Shown here: positions 25,051 through 37,974 of the stretch, piece by piece
How positions within the stretch are numbered: the stretch's first letter is position 1
Layout of the letters: the number at the start of each line of letters is the position of its first letter
NCBI GenBank assembly: GCA_951406725.2
Contig: OX597822.1
Coordinates: 76,074,001-76,138,000 of the forward strand
DNA: 64,000 nt
DNA from: Octopus vulgaris
Lineage: Eukaryota
Direction of reading: 5' to 3'
Translations under genes and position numbers: made by a program
Notes under the pieces: model-generated
The model's input: only the letters and a program-made list of their open reading frames with translations
What the model was told of the DNA's origin: nothing
Databases searched by the model: none

Positions 25051-25825
25051 TTTCTGGTAAGTCTGCAACAGGCACGTGATTGTACAGCTAATATTAGAAA
25101 TACGGCTATCAGTTTTCTACATCTTTGCGGGCTTCTGCGCCATTTCTGCCTATCGAATTTTACTCACAAGACTAGTGTTGACTTGAGGTTATGTTAAAGA
25201 CACCCGTAGTTGTCAAGTAGTGGGATCGAACCAGGTAGCTGATGATCGCGAAGAGGACTCTTTAACGACTAAACCATGTTTATGTCACATATATGAAAGG
25301 GTAGGTGCACTCACGTGCAGTGAGGCACACATTGTGATACATCCTATTATCTTGGAACAAGGTCTTGAAAATACCACGAAACACTGCAAGCATAATCTAT
25401 CTGGAGCAAATTGTGAAAGCAGAAGCAGTTTTACTCTCTTAAAGACATACTCAAAGAGAAGTAAAAGGGTTTAAATATTAATAAACTCATGAAACATTCG
25501 TCAACTAAATATAACTATGCTCCTACTGCTGACTGTACGTCGAGAAGGAAAGCATTATCAGATTTAAAAGAATTTGAACTCAGAGCAAGCATAGATGTCA
25601 CATAATACCACATGGTATTTTGTTCACTACTCTACATTCCACCAGTCCCCAACCTCTTCATAATTCCTTCTCCAATAACCACAAAGGTGGAAATTTGGAC
25701 AGTGGGAATAATCGGCACCATTTCTTGGTGGGTACTTGATTTCATCGACCTGGAAAGCACGAACGGCAGTGTTAACCACGGAGAGATATGAACACAGAGG
25801 TTAAAAAACAAAACCGAACAATAAT

Positions 25826-25990
25826 GGGTACAGGTGTGGCTGTGTGGTTAGGAAGCTCACTTTGCAGCCACCTGATTTCTGGTTCGGTCTTACTCCGTTA
25901 CACCTTAGGCAAATTTCTTCTGCTATAGTTCCGAGCCAGCCAATGTCTCGAGAGTGAATTTAGTAGTCAGAAACAGTGCGGAAATTCGCC

Positions 25991-26046
<56 letters not shown>

Positions 26047-26290
26047 GTGTGTGTCTTCGTATTTGTCCACTACCGCTTGAAAATAGGTGTTTGTTTACGG
26101 CCACCATAACTTGGCGGTTCGGCAAAGGTGACCAAAAGATTAAATAACAGAATTTAAAAAACCATGAAAAACAAACAATAAAATAGGCACAGGAGTGGAT
26201 GTGTGGTAAGAAACTTGCTTCCCAACCACATGGTTTTGGATTCAGTCCTACTGCGTGGCACTTTTGGAAAGTGTATTCTACTATAGCTTG
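25826..26290 (+). mobile_element. SINE family A copy plus a second 5' fragment
   Basis: gggtacaggtgtggctgtgtggttagg... and ggcacaggagtggatgtgtggtaag... Confidence 0.8.
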
Positions 26291-26659
26291 TAGCTTTAAT
26301 GATTCTGACCATCGTTCGCCATTTTTGCGACCTTAATTATAAATAGAAATTTCTTAGAGGTGAAAAACACCACAAATTATGGAATATAGAGCGGTTGATT
26401 GTATTGATGCCAAGAGTTTATTTTATGAACGGATAAGGTGGCAGCACATGTTTTGAATTCAGAATGTACGAAGAATGAATGAAAAGTTTTGAGCCTCAAA
26501 AAACCAAAACATTGTACAAGACTGCTGATGCAGGTTCAGAGGCCTTGAAGGCTGAAAACTTTTCATACACCCCTCGTAAAAGGATTAAATGTTTTTATTT
26601 TCGTAGAAGATGATGTATTGCTCATGAGCTTTTTTAGGCCATCCTGCTTGGGTGTTCTT

Positions 26660-26875
26660 GATGTTGTTTGATGATCTGTTTAAATTGTAGCAGGGAAGAC
26701 GATAGCAGATAGAGGATTTCAAAGGGTTGAGTTTCTGGAGTAAGGACAAAACATAAAGTCCGGAAGCGAGAGGCAGAATGACAAGTAAGGTCGCGGAGGT
26801 CAGAATGAGGGTGACATGAGATCGGTCAGATACAAGGAAGAGAAGTTTTCTTAGAAACAATGGAAAAGAGAGAGA
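26660..26875 (-). mobile_element. Decayed LINE 3' end (Jockey/CR1/L2-like)
   Basis: Minus strand SLFHCF...LTDLM...YSRNSTL*NPLSAIVFPA resembles the non-LTR RT tail motif RTxxLWNxLPxxVFP. Confidence 0.45.
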
Positions 26876-27069
26876 AATCAGTCCACATGCCCTATGTCAT
26901 TTCGTCTGTAACTGTAGGCACAATGTAATTAATTTAAAGATAGAGATAAGGAATAATCGGTTGAAACTAGACACTGAAGTGGCAGAACCATTAGCATGTC
27001 GGACAAAATGATTAGCAACGCTTATTTCGACACGTTATGTTGAGAGGGAAAGAAAAATCGACTAATATA

Positions 27070-27465
27070 TGGGTGCAGGTGTGGTTGTATGGCAAGAATT
27101 TCGCTTCCCAACGGTATAGTTCCGGGTTCATTTCTGTATGGCACCTTCTGCAAGTGTCTTTTACTATAAGCATCGGGCCGACCAAAGCCCTATGAGTAGA
27201 TTTGGTAGATGGGAACTGAAAGAAGCCCGTCGTATATATATATTCATATGTGGGTGTCTTTGTGTCTATTTTTCCCACCACTGCTTGACAACTGGCGTCG
27301 CTGGATTTACATCCCCATAACTTAGCGCTTCTGCAAAAGATACCGATAGAATAAGTACCAGGCTTTAAAAATATAAGTACTGGAGTTGATTCATTCGATA
27401 CGTTAGACTATAGGCATGCGATGCCCCAGCGTGGCCGCAGTCTAATGACTGAAGCAAGTAAAAGA
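27070..27465 (+). mobile_element. SINE family A
   Basis: Matches family A consensus. Confidence 0.88.
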
Positions 27466-29189
27466 TATTTGGAATTTGAACGTAAAACGGTGAAACTAAA
27501 CAATTTATTTTGTCCGTCGCTCTGATAGAATGAGAAAGACTAAAGAAACGAAAATCGTAGATCGGTATAAAGCTCTGGAATTTTGTTTTGTTTCTTATTG
27601 TTTGAAATGGAAGAGAAATAAGTCTTAACTTGGATAAAGTAAAATCGTTAAAATAACATCAACGATAACATAAGAATGGCTATAAAGAACGAAAACAAAA
27701 TATAAATGTAGACGAAAAAAAACGTAAAGATAACGATAAAACAGCCAAAACTACAAGGAGAATAACTTTCACAACAAGATATACATAGTACAACTCATAC
27801 ACAATAATAATATTAGTAATAATAGTAATAATAATAATAATAGTAATAATAACAATGGTAATAATAATAATAATTTCTAAATTACAGACTGGCAAATAAA
27901 TTAAAAGCAAAACAAAAAAAAGAATAAAATATATTGCTTCCAATAAAACACTGCGGTTTGTTTTTATATGACTAAAAAATTTTTCCAAGAACTTCTAGTT
28001 CTCCAATTCTTTCGAATCAATGAGGTAAAAATTTCAGAAAGAAAAAAAATAAAGAAAAATAAATGAAAACAAGAAAAACTAAATAAATAAGATAAATAAA
28101 CAAATAAATAAAAGATGAGTTTGCAATAAAATAAAATCGAAAGTACGAGAACGTAAAATGAAAAACACAAAAAAAAATCAAAAATGAAATCAATGAAAGA
28201 TAAGAAAAAAAAATTAAATGAAATAATTTGAAAAAAAAATTAAAGCATTTTTTCAAACAAAAAAATTGAGAGAAAATATAAAAAAATATATGCTCAACCG
28301 CCTCAAGCACACAAATTAAAAACCAGAATAAAAATGGTAGATTACGAATAAAACCCCAGCCCTCTGATTTTCCTCCTTCATCCACCCAAAATAACAAGAA
28401 CTAAGCGAATTTTGTTTGTTTTTAGCATTAAATCAAATTATATCTGTTGTTAATTTCTGTATAATTGTATATTGTAGCTCCGACTTTGGCATCGATCTGC
28501 TACCAACATTTCCCATAGAGCTAATACCAACAAAACTACCATCAGAACCACAACAGCAGCAGCAGTAGCAGCAGCACCATCGCCACCACCACCACCTTCA
28601 TCATCTCCATCGCTATTACTATTTACACGTATATACTGATTTCCAGACACTGATGATCCGGAACCTCTTATAATTCGTATTAATTTACAAGCAGGAATTT
28701 CAAATTCTTGCAGCCACCAGACCAGTTTACTGGGCGGCCCTGTTTCACAGCACTTTACACTGCACAGAATTAATAAACTCCTGTCATTTATATTAATCTA
28801 CGGGTACCTGTATTTCATTTAATTATTTTGGTGAGTTTCAGAATTGTTTAACTTATTGGTGACTACCACTGGCTCCGGAAATTAAGCAATACTTTGGAAC
28901 TAAAGGCTTCAGAACTAAAGTTTCCGGAAAATTGATGTTGTACGTGTAGCAACAATACCACAACCAAGAGAAACCAGAGATCGAACCTTTAACGTCCTTG
29001 AAATTGGAACCAAATCACAGCCTTTGAAGCAAAATGGCAGAAATATTGAATAATATAGCTCTGGGTTGTCTTAGGTTCCCTGCATAAAAGAAAAAAAAAT
29101 AACAGAATGATCATGGCTTGAATATCTATGATTCTAGCTCGGCTCGACTGGGATGTCCAGGGGTTAAGCTACAACGATAACAACCAGAG

Positions 29190-30466
29190 TTGTTCAGATC
29201 ATTTATCACTGTTACTGAGTTTTTTTCCCCAGTTTTGGCTAATGATGTTAAAAGATTCATCTTTATTCTTTGGCTTACTACTTTGCACAGCTCTACCCAA
29301 CCTTTCCCAAAGATTTTCGATGAGATTTAGGTCGGGCGACTGCGCTGGCCACTGCATCAAGCGAACTCTTTTAAACCTAATGTAATCTCTGACTGGGTGC
29401 GAGTTGTGTTTCGAGTCGTTGTCATGCTGGCAAGTCCAAATGCTTTCGGGCGTATGGAAGCATAATATTACCCAGTATTTTTAGATATGACTTACTTTCC
29501 ATAATGCCCTTGATTCGGATTATAGGACCGACACCTTTTTCAGACATGTACCCCTACACCATCACACTTCTACCACCGTGCTTAATTGCTGGTTGGATGA
29601 ATTCTGGATGATATTCTTCTTATATACGCCTTCTTATATACATCCTGCAATCACTGCCGAACAAACTGAACCTTGACTCGTCCTATCACAACACATTCAA
29701 CCAATCTACTGAACTCCAATTCAATTTCTCTGTTGCGAACTGTATTCGGGCATATCATATTTTTCAAAGAAATGTGTGGCTTTTTGCAAGAGGCTCTTCC
29801 TAGAAGTCCAAATTTTTCGAGACGGTTTTTATGGTAGACACTCCAATGGTAAGTCCATATTTTTGTCGAATTTCTTTTAAAATGGTGACAGCGCTCATTT
29901 CTGTTTTTTTTTTTTCAGGGATAGTCTATGAATGTATCTATCTATTCTTACCGTTGTTTTTCTTGGTTGCCAAGGTCGAGAGCGGTCTTCATAATCATTA
30001 GTTTCTTTATAAAGATGGACAGCATAGTGATCGGTTGTTTTAGAGCATCCAACTTAATTTCAAATAGCTTTATATGAGCATTTCAGCCCACTAAGCTGAA
30101 CGATCCGCGCTCTGGTTTCTGGTGTTAAGTTTTTTTCTCTTACCCATCAAAACTATTAAGTAACTTAAAAGTCTTAACAGCATGCAAATTACCCTAACTT
30201 TATATTAGTCAATAAGGCAGAAAAAAGGACATTTTTGCAAATCGCTTTAAAATTAAGTGGCGATGTAAATTACGCAAAACAAAGTTTCTCTTTAATTTAA
30301 AATTAATATGATGTTATGCCGTAAGGTTGTATACCATATTAAAGCACGTGAAATTTTCTTTAATTTGATATACATCTAAATTCACAATTTACAACTTGAA
30401 TATATAAAAAAAATTCCATTTTGACATTGGTATACAAAAGTTCTTAAATAAAATGGCGCCACTGTA
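29190..30466 (-). mobile_element. Decayed Tc1 (DD34E) transposon
   Basis: Start MGKRK at 30147; WTCQHDNDSKH...MQWPAQSPDLNLIENLWERL with 34 residues between D and E; right end cactg-TA; frameshifted. Confidence 0.88.
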
Positions 30467-30634
30467 ATATATATATATATATATTATAAACAGTGAAGCG
30501 AGTAGCCACATCAAAGTGGCAGCTGAATGTTACTGCTAGTTTAACCTCAGGCAGATTCTCCGCCAGGTGGTTTTCGGTGGAACGTTCTGCGCGCTTTATA
30601 TACAATACATCGCTAGTATACTGTTTAGTGTGTG

Positions 30635-30691
<57 letters not shown>

Positions 30692-30759
30692 GATATATAT
30701 ATATGTATGTGTGTATATATGTGTATGTATATGTGTATATATATGTGTATGTATGTGTG

Positions 30760-30790
<31 letters not shown>

Positions 30791-30915
30791 GTGTATACAT
30801 GTATGTGTGTATATATATATGTAAGTATGTGTGTATATATATATGTATGTATGCGTGTATATATATATATGTATGTGTGTGTATACGTATATATATATAT
30901 ATATGTGTGTGTGTA
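30635..30915. repeat. (TA)n/(TG)n microsatellite
   Basis: Direct reading. Confidence 0.9.
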
Positions 30916-31049
30916 TGAAGGTAAGTCATAGGCAAGAAAGACAACTCACATCACATTCCTTTCTCGGAGTGAAATACATCATACATACATACATACATAC
31001 ATAAACATACAAATTTGTACATTTGCATATATACATACATACTTACAAA

Positions 31050-31195
31050 AATACCCTGATGTTGATGTCGATATTCCAATGAAAAACCTTGGACCTAGGT
31101 TAGAAACCGGTCCTTTCCCTAACGGCAAGAAATCTTGAAATAAAACTGGACAGTGACATACACGCATACATACATACATGCATCTACATATATAC
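31050..31195 (+). mobile_element. Short insert in (CATA)n with a variant hammerhead-like motif
   Basis: CCAATGA-aa-aacct-tggacct-aggtt-a-GAAAC-cg-GTC (31076-31112). Confidence 0.45.
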
Positions 31196-31619
31196 AATTG
31201 TTTTGCCATGGTCTCGGTCAAATTTTAGTATGTAAACCGTTGGAAAAAATCCTCCACGGCCTTCTCTTACGAAACTGTTCTACTGTATCATAGTACCATC
31301 ATATATATTACAACGGTACCAGTAGCAGTAGCATAACCACCAGCTACTACTGCCACTACTGCTGCTGCCACTGCCGTCATATCTCCACATGTTTTTTTCT
31401 GTTATCAACACCTCGAACTCCAATATCAATCCAACAGTTAACAAAAATGGGGAAGAGTCAGGTTTAGCCATGTGATAAATCTAAAATTTCATACTGGGAA
31501 CTGTAATCTAAGGTACACGCAAGGAGGGAATGGTCATGGCTGGAATGCCTTTCGTCAAAGGTTTTTCTTCTTCATCAGCCAAGAGTCTGAGGGCGAAATA
31601 ACAGCAACAACAATAAGAT

Positions 31620-32290
31620 GGCCATAATCTTGTACAGTAACAGCAGTATAAATACCAACAATCACTTCCATCGAGACCTTGTCTCCGCCACCACCACCAA
31701 CAACAGCATCACCACCACCACTACCGTCACCATCATCATCGCTCGAGGACAACACCACCACCACCATTGCCAGCATATACTCACCGACAACACCACACAC
31801 CATCACAGCCACCGCCGTCAGCAGCAGCTCCAATATATTAGAACCATCTCTGGCGCCGCTACCGCCGGTGACGCATCTGCTGCTATTACCATAACAAAGA
31901 TCATAAACTTCACCACCACTACTATCACCACCATTACAACCTCCATCATCACCATCATAGCACCACCACAGACACCAACACCACCACTACAACCGCCATC
32001 ACCAACACCATAACCATCACCACCAACACCAACACCATAACCATCAGCACCAACACTACCACCACCTCTATCACCACTCCCACCACTATTATCACCACCA
32101 CCAACAACAACAACACTGCCACCGTCACTATCATCATCATCACCACCACCAACACCACCATGAATATCACCACATCCACCACGAGCTCATACACACATTA
32201 GTTTCACCACTACTAGCACCAAGCTCCTTCGTAGCATACACCACCACCACCACCACAATGCTCAATGTCTTCTCTACCGACCACCCTTGA
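31620..32290. repeat. (ACC)n/(ATC)n low-complexity tract
   Basis: Direct reading. Confidence 0.85.
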
Positions 32291-32639
32291 CCATACTGTA
32301 CAAAATGAAGTCAGAGATGATCTAAAAATAAAATTTAATTTCTGTAACTGTTATTGAACTGATGATCAGTAATCGATGGAAACGGATTAGTCTCACTCTC
32401 TCTCTCTCTCTCATCCTCTCTCTTTCATCCTCATATCGCATACACAGACACTTGGTAGGCACTGACACACACGCACAGGCGCATGCATACACATACACAC
32501 ATGAAGTGTACATATTGTATGTAGATATATATCCATATGAATTCATGTCTGTACGAATATAGATTATTTCACATACAACACTGAGAGACACACAAGAGGC
32601 AAGAGCGCACTTGGGGATCCGTTTCCATATGTACGTATG

Positions 32640-32910
32640 CAGGAGTGTATATATCTATATATGTGTGTATATTTGAACGTATGTAGGTATGAATATATGT
32701 ACTTATGTATGCATGCGTATGTATGTACGTATGTATGTATGTATGTATGTATGTATGTATGTGTATATATGTATATACATGTATGTATGTATGTATGTAT
32801 GCATGCATGTATGTATGTATGTATGTATGTATGTATGTATGTATGTATGTATGTATGTATACATTTATGAATGAATGAATGTACGAATGTATATTTTGTA
32901 TGAATGAATC
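32640..32910. repeat. (TATG)n/(GAAT)n microsatellite
   Basis: Direct reading. Confidence 0.9.
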
Positions 32911-33256
32911 TATGAATGGAAATCCACCCACTCTCGATCAGTACAACAATCATACTTTGATGTAAAATGTTGGCATAAGTTCAGTAATATTGGTGAGGTG
33001 GGGGTGTCGGCTACATCGATCCCATTTTTTCAATTGGTACTTGTTTTATCGATCCCAAAGCGATGGAAGTCAAAGTCAACCTCGTCGAAATTTCAACTCA
33101 GAGCGTAAAAACGGACGAGATACCACCAACAGTTTCGCCTGCTGAACTAACGATTCTGTGTATGCATGCGTATGTATGTTTGTATGTATGTGTATATATG
33201 TATATACGCAGAATCGCAGAATCACACTTAAATATAGACATATGTATGTACCTGCC

Positions 33257-33290
<34 letters not shown>

Positions 33291-33368
33291 AATGGATAAT
33301 AGGAACTTCGATATTTCAGCATTTTTTTATCCTGTGCTTAACAACACGTTTACAAATAGTTTCACCAT

Positions 33369-33806
33369 GGCGGCGAGCTGGAAGACTCGTTAGCATGCCG
33401 GGCGAAATGCTTCGCGTTATTTCATATGTCTTTACGTTCTGAGTTCAAATTCCGCCGAGGCCGACTTTGCATTCGTCCTTTCAGAATCGATAAATTAAGT
33501 ACCAGCTCAGTACTGGGGTCAATCTAATGGACTGGCCCCCTCCCCCGAAATTTCGGGCCTTGTGCCTAGAGTAGAAAAAAATATTTGCAGAAGGAGGCGA
33601 GCTGGCAGAAACGTTAGCAAGCCGGGCGAAATGCTTAGCAGTATTTCGTCTGTCTTTACATTCAGAGTTCAAATTCCGCCGAGGTCGACTTTGCCTTTTA
33701 TCCTTTCGAGGTCGATAAATTAAGAACCAGTTGCGTACTGGGGTTGATCTAATCGACTGCCCCCTCCCCCAAAATTTCGGGCCTTGTGCCTAGAGTAGAA
33801 AAGAAT
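33369..33806 (+). mobile_element. Two tandem SINE family C copies (Deu/Nin-like central domain)
   Basis: ggcggcgagctgg...gagttcaaattccgccgaggtcgactttgccttttatcctttcgaggtcgataaattaag...gggccttgtgcctagagtagaaaa, present twice. Confidence 0.88.
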
Positions 33807-33869
33807 GATTTCACCCTGACATAAGATGATATTTATATTGAACATTCTCATACACTCTGACTACCCAAA

Positions 33870-34070
33870 TAATCCTTTCTACTCAAAGCACAGGGCCTGC
33901 AATTTGGAGGCGAAGAGCGGGACTAGTCGATTATACTGACCCCAGTACGTAACTAGTACTCATGACATCGACCTCCGAAAACATGAAAGGGAAGGTCGAG
34001 CTCGGCGGAATTTGAACTCACGACGTAAAGCCGGACAAAATGAGGCTAAGCATTTGGTCCGGTATGCTAA
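33870..34070 (-). mobile_element. SINE family C, diverged
   Basis: ggtcgagctcggcggaatttgaactca. Confidence 0.75.
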
Positions 34071-34099
34071 TATACCTTCTTATACACACAAATGTTTAC

Positions 34100-34492
34100 A
34101 TGGAAGTGGTTGTGTGGTAAGTAGCTTACTTACAAACCACATGGTTCCGAGTTCAGTCCCACTGCGTGGTATCTTCGGCATGTCTTTTCTACTATGGCCT
34201 CGGACCGACCAAAGATTTGTGAGTGGATTTGGTTGACGGAAACGGAAAGAAGCCCGTCGTATGTATGTATCTCTCTATATATGTATGTGTTTGTGTGTCA
34301 GTGTTTGTGCCCCCAACATCGCTTGACCACCAATGTTGGTGTGTTTACGTCCCCGTAACTTAGCGGTTCGGCAAAAGTGACCGATAGAATAAGTACTAGG
34401 CTAACAAAGAATAAGTCCTGGGGTCGATTTGCTCGACTAAAGGCGATGCTCCAGCATGGCCGCAGTCAAATGACCGAAACAAGTAAAAAAGA
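34100..34492 (+). mobile_element. SINE family A
   Basis: Matches family A consensus. Confidence 0.9.
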
Positions 34493-35158
34493 AAAACTAA
34501 ACATGTTTTCGGAGGTCGATGTCATGAGTACTAGTTACGTACTGGGGTCAGTATAATCGACTAGTCCCTCTCTTCGCCTCCAAATTCTTCAAGGCTGAAT
34601 AAATAGAGGAGTGGTTGGTCAAAAAGCCAAACTTGCTATCTTCAGTTCGGTTTTCTAGCCTATCTTCACCGGCGGCCATGAAATTTGCGTAAAGGCCTAA
34701 ATAAAATCACAAAACAAGCGACCGAAATGGAATACTGAGAAAGGATCTCTGGATTTCAATATAACGGTTGTCCACATAATGCAGAAACTAGAGTCTCTGG
34801 CGTAGAAATCTTAACGATAGTCCATTATGCACGCCATATGAGTTTGTGTGCGTATATATATGTGTATATAAACACACACATACATATATCTTGCTTATTA
34901 CCGACAGAATTAGTATTAGTTCAAAATAGTATTCTGCATACCTTGCTCAACACGAATTTACTATGTCGTATACACCTAGAATGCTAAAAAGCACCAGAGA
35001 GCATATCAATACCAGACGAAAAGCGTAAAACAGCGGCGGTCGACCCGATGCATCTAGATTTCTGCTTCTTTGAGCGTCGCCGGCAGCAAGTATCCACATA
35101 GACTCCAGCATGCCTAGACAAATTATATATATATATATATATATATACATATATATAT

Positions 35159-35527
35159 AAGTATACCTCGCATTGTCGTGCAGTTACTGTTTATAACTCG
35201 TTCAGAGATTTATTATTGCTTGCATGCAGTTTTTCGAAATCAGTGACGAAAAGTTACTGGAAAAACGATATAAGTATTTGCATTGGAACCCCTTTCATCG
35301 AAAACCGGTGATTGTCGTACGCTGATGACAGGTCAAAACCTAGAAACTGCAGTCCGTGCGTATCACTTAGGTTGACGAGGGAAGGATTACCTCCCTTTGC
35401 AAATACCATAAGGGCACAGAAAGTATACCTAAAGCCAACTGGAGACGATGTTCTCCTGGGACTACAAGCTACAGTAACACCCACCCTTAGTGGTTAGCCA
35501 TATTGAGATGGCAAGTATACCTCACAT

Positions 35528-35530
<3 letters not shown>
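35159..35530 (+). mobile_element. Retrozyme/Penelope pLTR-like monomer bounded by direct repeats
   Basis: aagtatacctcgcatt (35159) and aagtatacctcacatt (35513); central hammerhead; embedded in (TA)n. Confidence 0.7.
35317..35359 (+). ncRNA. Minimal type-I hammerhead ribozyme with canonical core
   Basis: gtacg-CTGATGA-c-agg-tcaaaa-cct-a-GAAAC-tgca-GTC-cgtgc: stem I gtacg/cgtgc, palindromic stem III actgcagt, GUC triplet. Confidence 0.8.
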
Positions 35531-35616
<86 letters not shown>

Positions 35617-36090
35617 CTAATGTAGGATAAAATTTTTTTCTAAAAAAAAATGTTATCAATGGCCAACATATCAAACAATACCTTTAAAGGTTAAAATTAT
35701 AAATAACTTATAAAATGGGGAAAGTTCTTATGAATTAACCCCGAAATTGGGACCAATGCGGTAATAACGGAACTTTTTAGAAATTTCTATCGTCTTGTTT
35801 CGAGACGCATTAATTATAATGGTTAATGACAATTTTGTCTTTTTTCGGCATATTTGGCATTAAAATTTGTCTTTTGCCCTTATTTTATAAGTTATATATA
35901 TATATCTTTCGCATTCATATATTAAGTTTACATCTTAATTATAAAAAAAAAATATGAGACAATTATTCTATGCTAATTTAGTTAATTTTCTCAAGCTCCA
36001 TTTTCAATTTAGGAATTTAAATGTAATAAAATGTTTTAAAAGAAATTTTAAGTGCCTACGCGTTAACTGTAAAGCTACTTTTGGGCCACC

Positions 36091-36146
<56 letters not shown>

Positions 36147-36237
36147 CAAAATGAGATAACAAACCCAATATATATATATATACTGATATTAATATAATTA
36201 ATATTCAATTTTTCACTCTTATTATTTTAAATATACA

Positions 36238-36317
<80 letters not shown>

Positions 36318-36322
36318 CAAGA

Positions 36323-36690
36323 GTAGGCTTGGCCGTGTGTTACGTAGCTTGCTTTTCAACACATGGTTTCAGGTTCAGTCCCACTGCGTGGCAACTTGGG
36401 CAAGTGTCTTTTACTATAGCCTGGGACTGCACAAAGCCTTGTGAGTGGAATAAGTAGACAGAAACTGAAAGAATCCCGTCGAATGTGTATATATATATAT
36501 ATATATATGAGGGGTGTCTGTTTATCTCCCGCTACCACTTGACAACCTGTGTTGTTCTGTTTATACCCGATAGAATAATATACCCGGCTTTTAAAAAAAT
36601 CCAGCTGTCAATTCAGTCGACTAAAAATTGTTTTAGGTGATGCCCCAGCATGGCCGCAGTCTAATGATTGAAACAAGGAAAAGGTAAAGG
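36323..36690 (+). mobile_element. SINE family A
   Basis: Matches family A consensus. Confidence 0.85.
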
Positions 36691-37574
36691 ATACATACAT
36701 ACACAGACAAACACATACGCGCGTGAATATGCGTCTATTTTAATGCGTTTAAGTCAAGTTATTTTTAATTTAGTATTGTTTAGGATTGCATCAGTATGAG
36801 GGAGGGCATGTGTGTGTGTGTGTGTGTGCGTGTGTGTGTGTGTGTGTTCGCTTGCATGCATGTGTGTATGGATGTAAGAGAGAACGAAAGAGATATATAG
36901 TGTGTGACTATATGTTTCTATCGCTTAATGTTTTTTGGTTTATTTACCTTTTCATGTGTGCGTGTGTGGATGTGTGCATGTTGGTTTATATGTGTGTGTA
37001 AACGTGTTATTATATTTTGACTTCGATTTTTATTCCTGATTATTCTGGAACATTTTCAAACTAGGCCTAAGTTTATAAGAAGTAGATGCGCTTAGATAAT
37101 TGATATTTCCTTTCCACATACATGTATATACATACACACACATACATACACGCACGCATACACACATCCATACCTATGTACATCCACTCGCATACACACA
37201 TACACCCAATGTACACAGTCACGTGATCACGCTGCCACTCATCAAGATAAAGTTATTTTTTTTAAACATTTTTATTTGAAAAACTAATTTCCTATTCGTT
37301 GCTTAACCTTTAACTATAGGTCATTGGAGCAGGTTTTATAGAGAAATATCCAGAGCTTCTCATAAACCTCTGCCACATATTCTATATTTCAGTAGCTATA
37401 CAACTTTAACGGTGTAGCTATAGGGGTGTGGCTTAGACATTTCCGCTGCAACCACGCCGTAACGGTTTCGATTCTTGTCTGAGGCAAATTGATGGTGAGG
37501 CTTCTACCGAATGAACCATTACCAAACACACACACACACACACACACACCGACACGCACACATACATGTATATA

Positions 37575-37804
37575 ACAAAAAGGTGGCCTGAAAAGTTCCT
37601 GACTTTAAGGGCAACGCGAAAAACCCGGTTAGAGGCCCAGCCTTCTGAGTTCTTTTTTTTTTTATAGGGCTTAGAAAACCTATAGGGGATGCAGCAATAA
37701 GCGTGTTAATCTGAGAGAGGAATATGTTGAACAAAATCATAATTAATTGTTCCGCCTGTATTTTCTTTTACCGAAAGCGTGGAAGTTTTCAGCACCCTCG
37801 CGTA
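37575..37804. mobile_element. Mariner-type MITE
   Basis: ggtggcctgaaaagttcctgacttt / aaagcgtggaagttttcagcacc imperfect TIRs; ggaatatgttgaacaaaat (EYVE transposase end). Confidence 0.6.
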
Positions 37805-37974
37805 TGTCTGTGTGTGTATGTGTGTGTGTATTATTTCAAATCTTAGTGTTTGAATGTTTTGTTTATAAATATTTCTGCACTTTGTGCTGTGTTTTGGACG
37901 CAAAATTTTATCGTAGTTTCCTATTGATACTTTGTAGCTCCACTCTTTCCCAACCCACCATATATTAGGTCGTC

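Noticed and set aside
28630-29100. Splice-like signals and short open frames beside the Tc1 remnant
   Set aside because: The frames tested hit stops quickly or give no recognisable protein.
31618-32194. Pro/Thr/His-rich mucin-like ORFs
   Set aside because: (ACC)n low-complexity tract.
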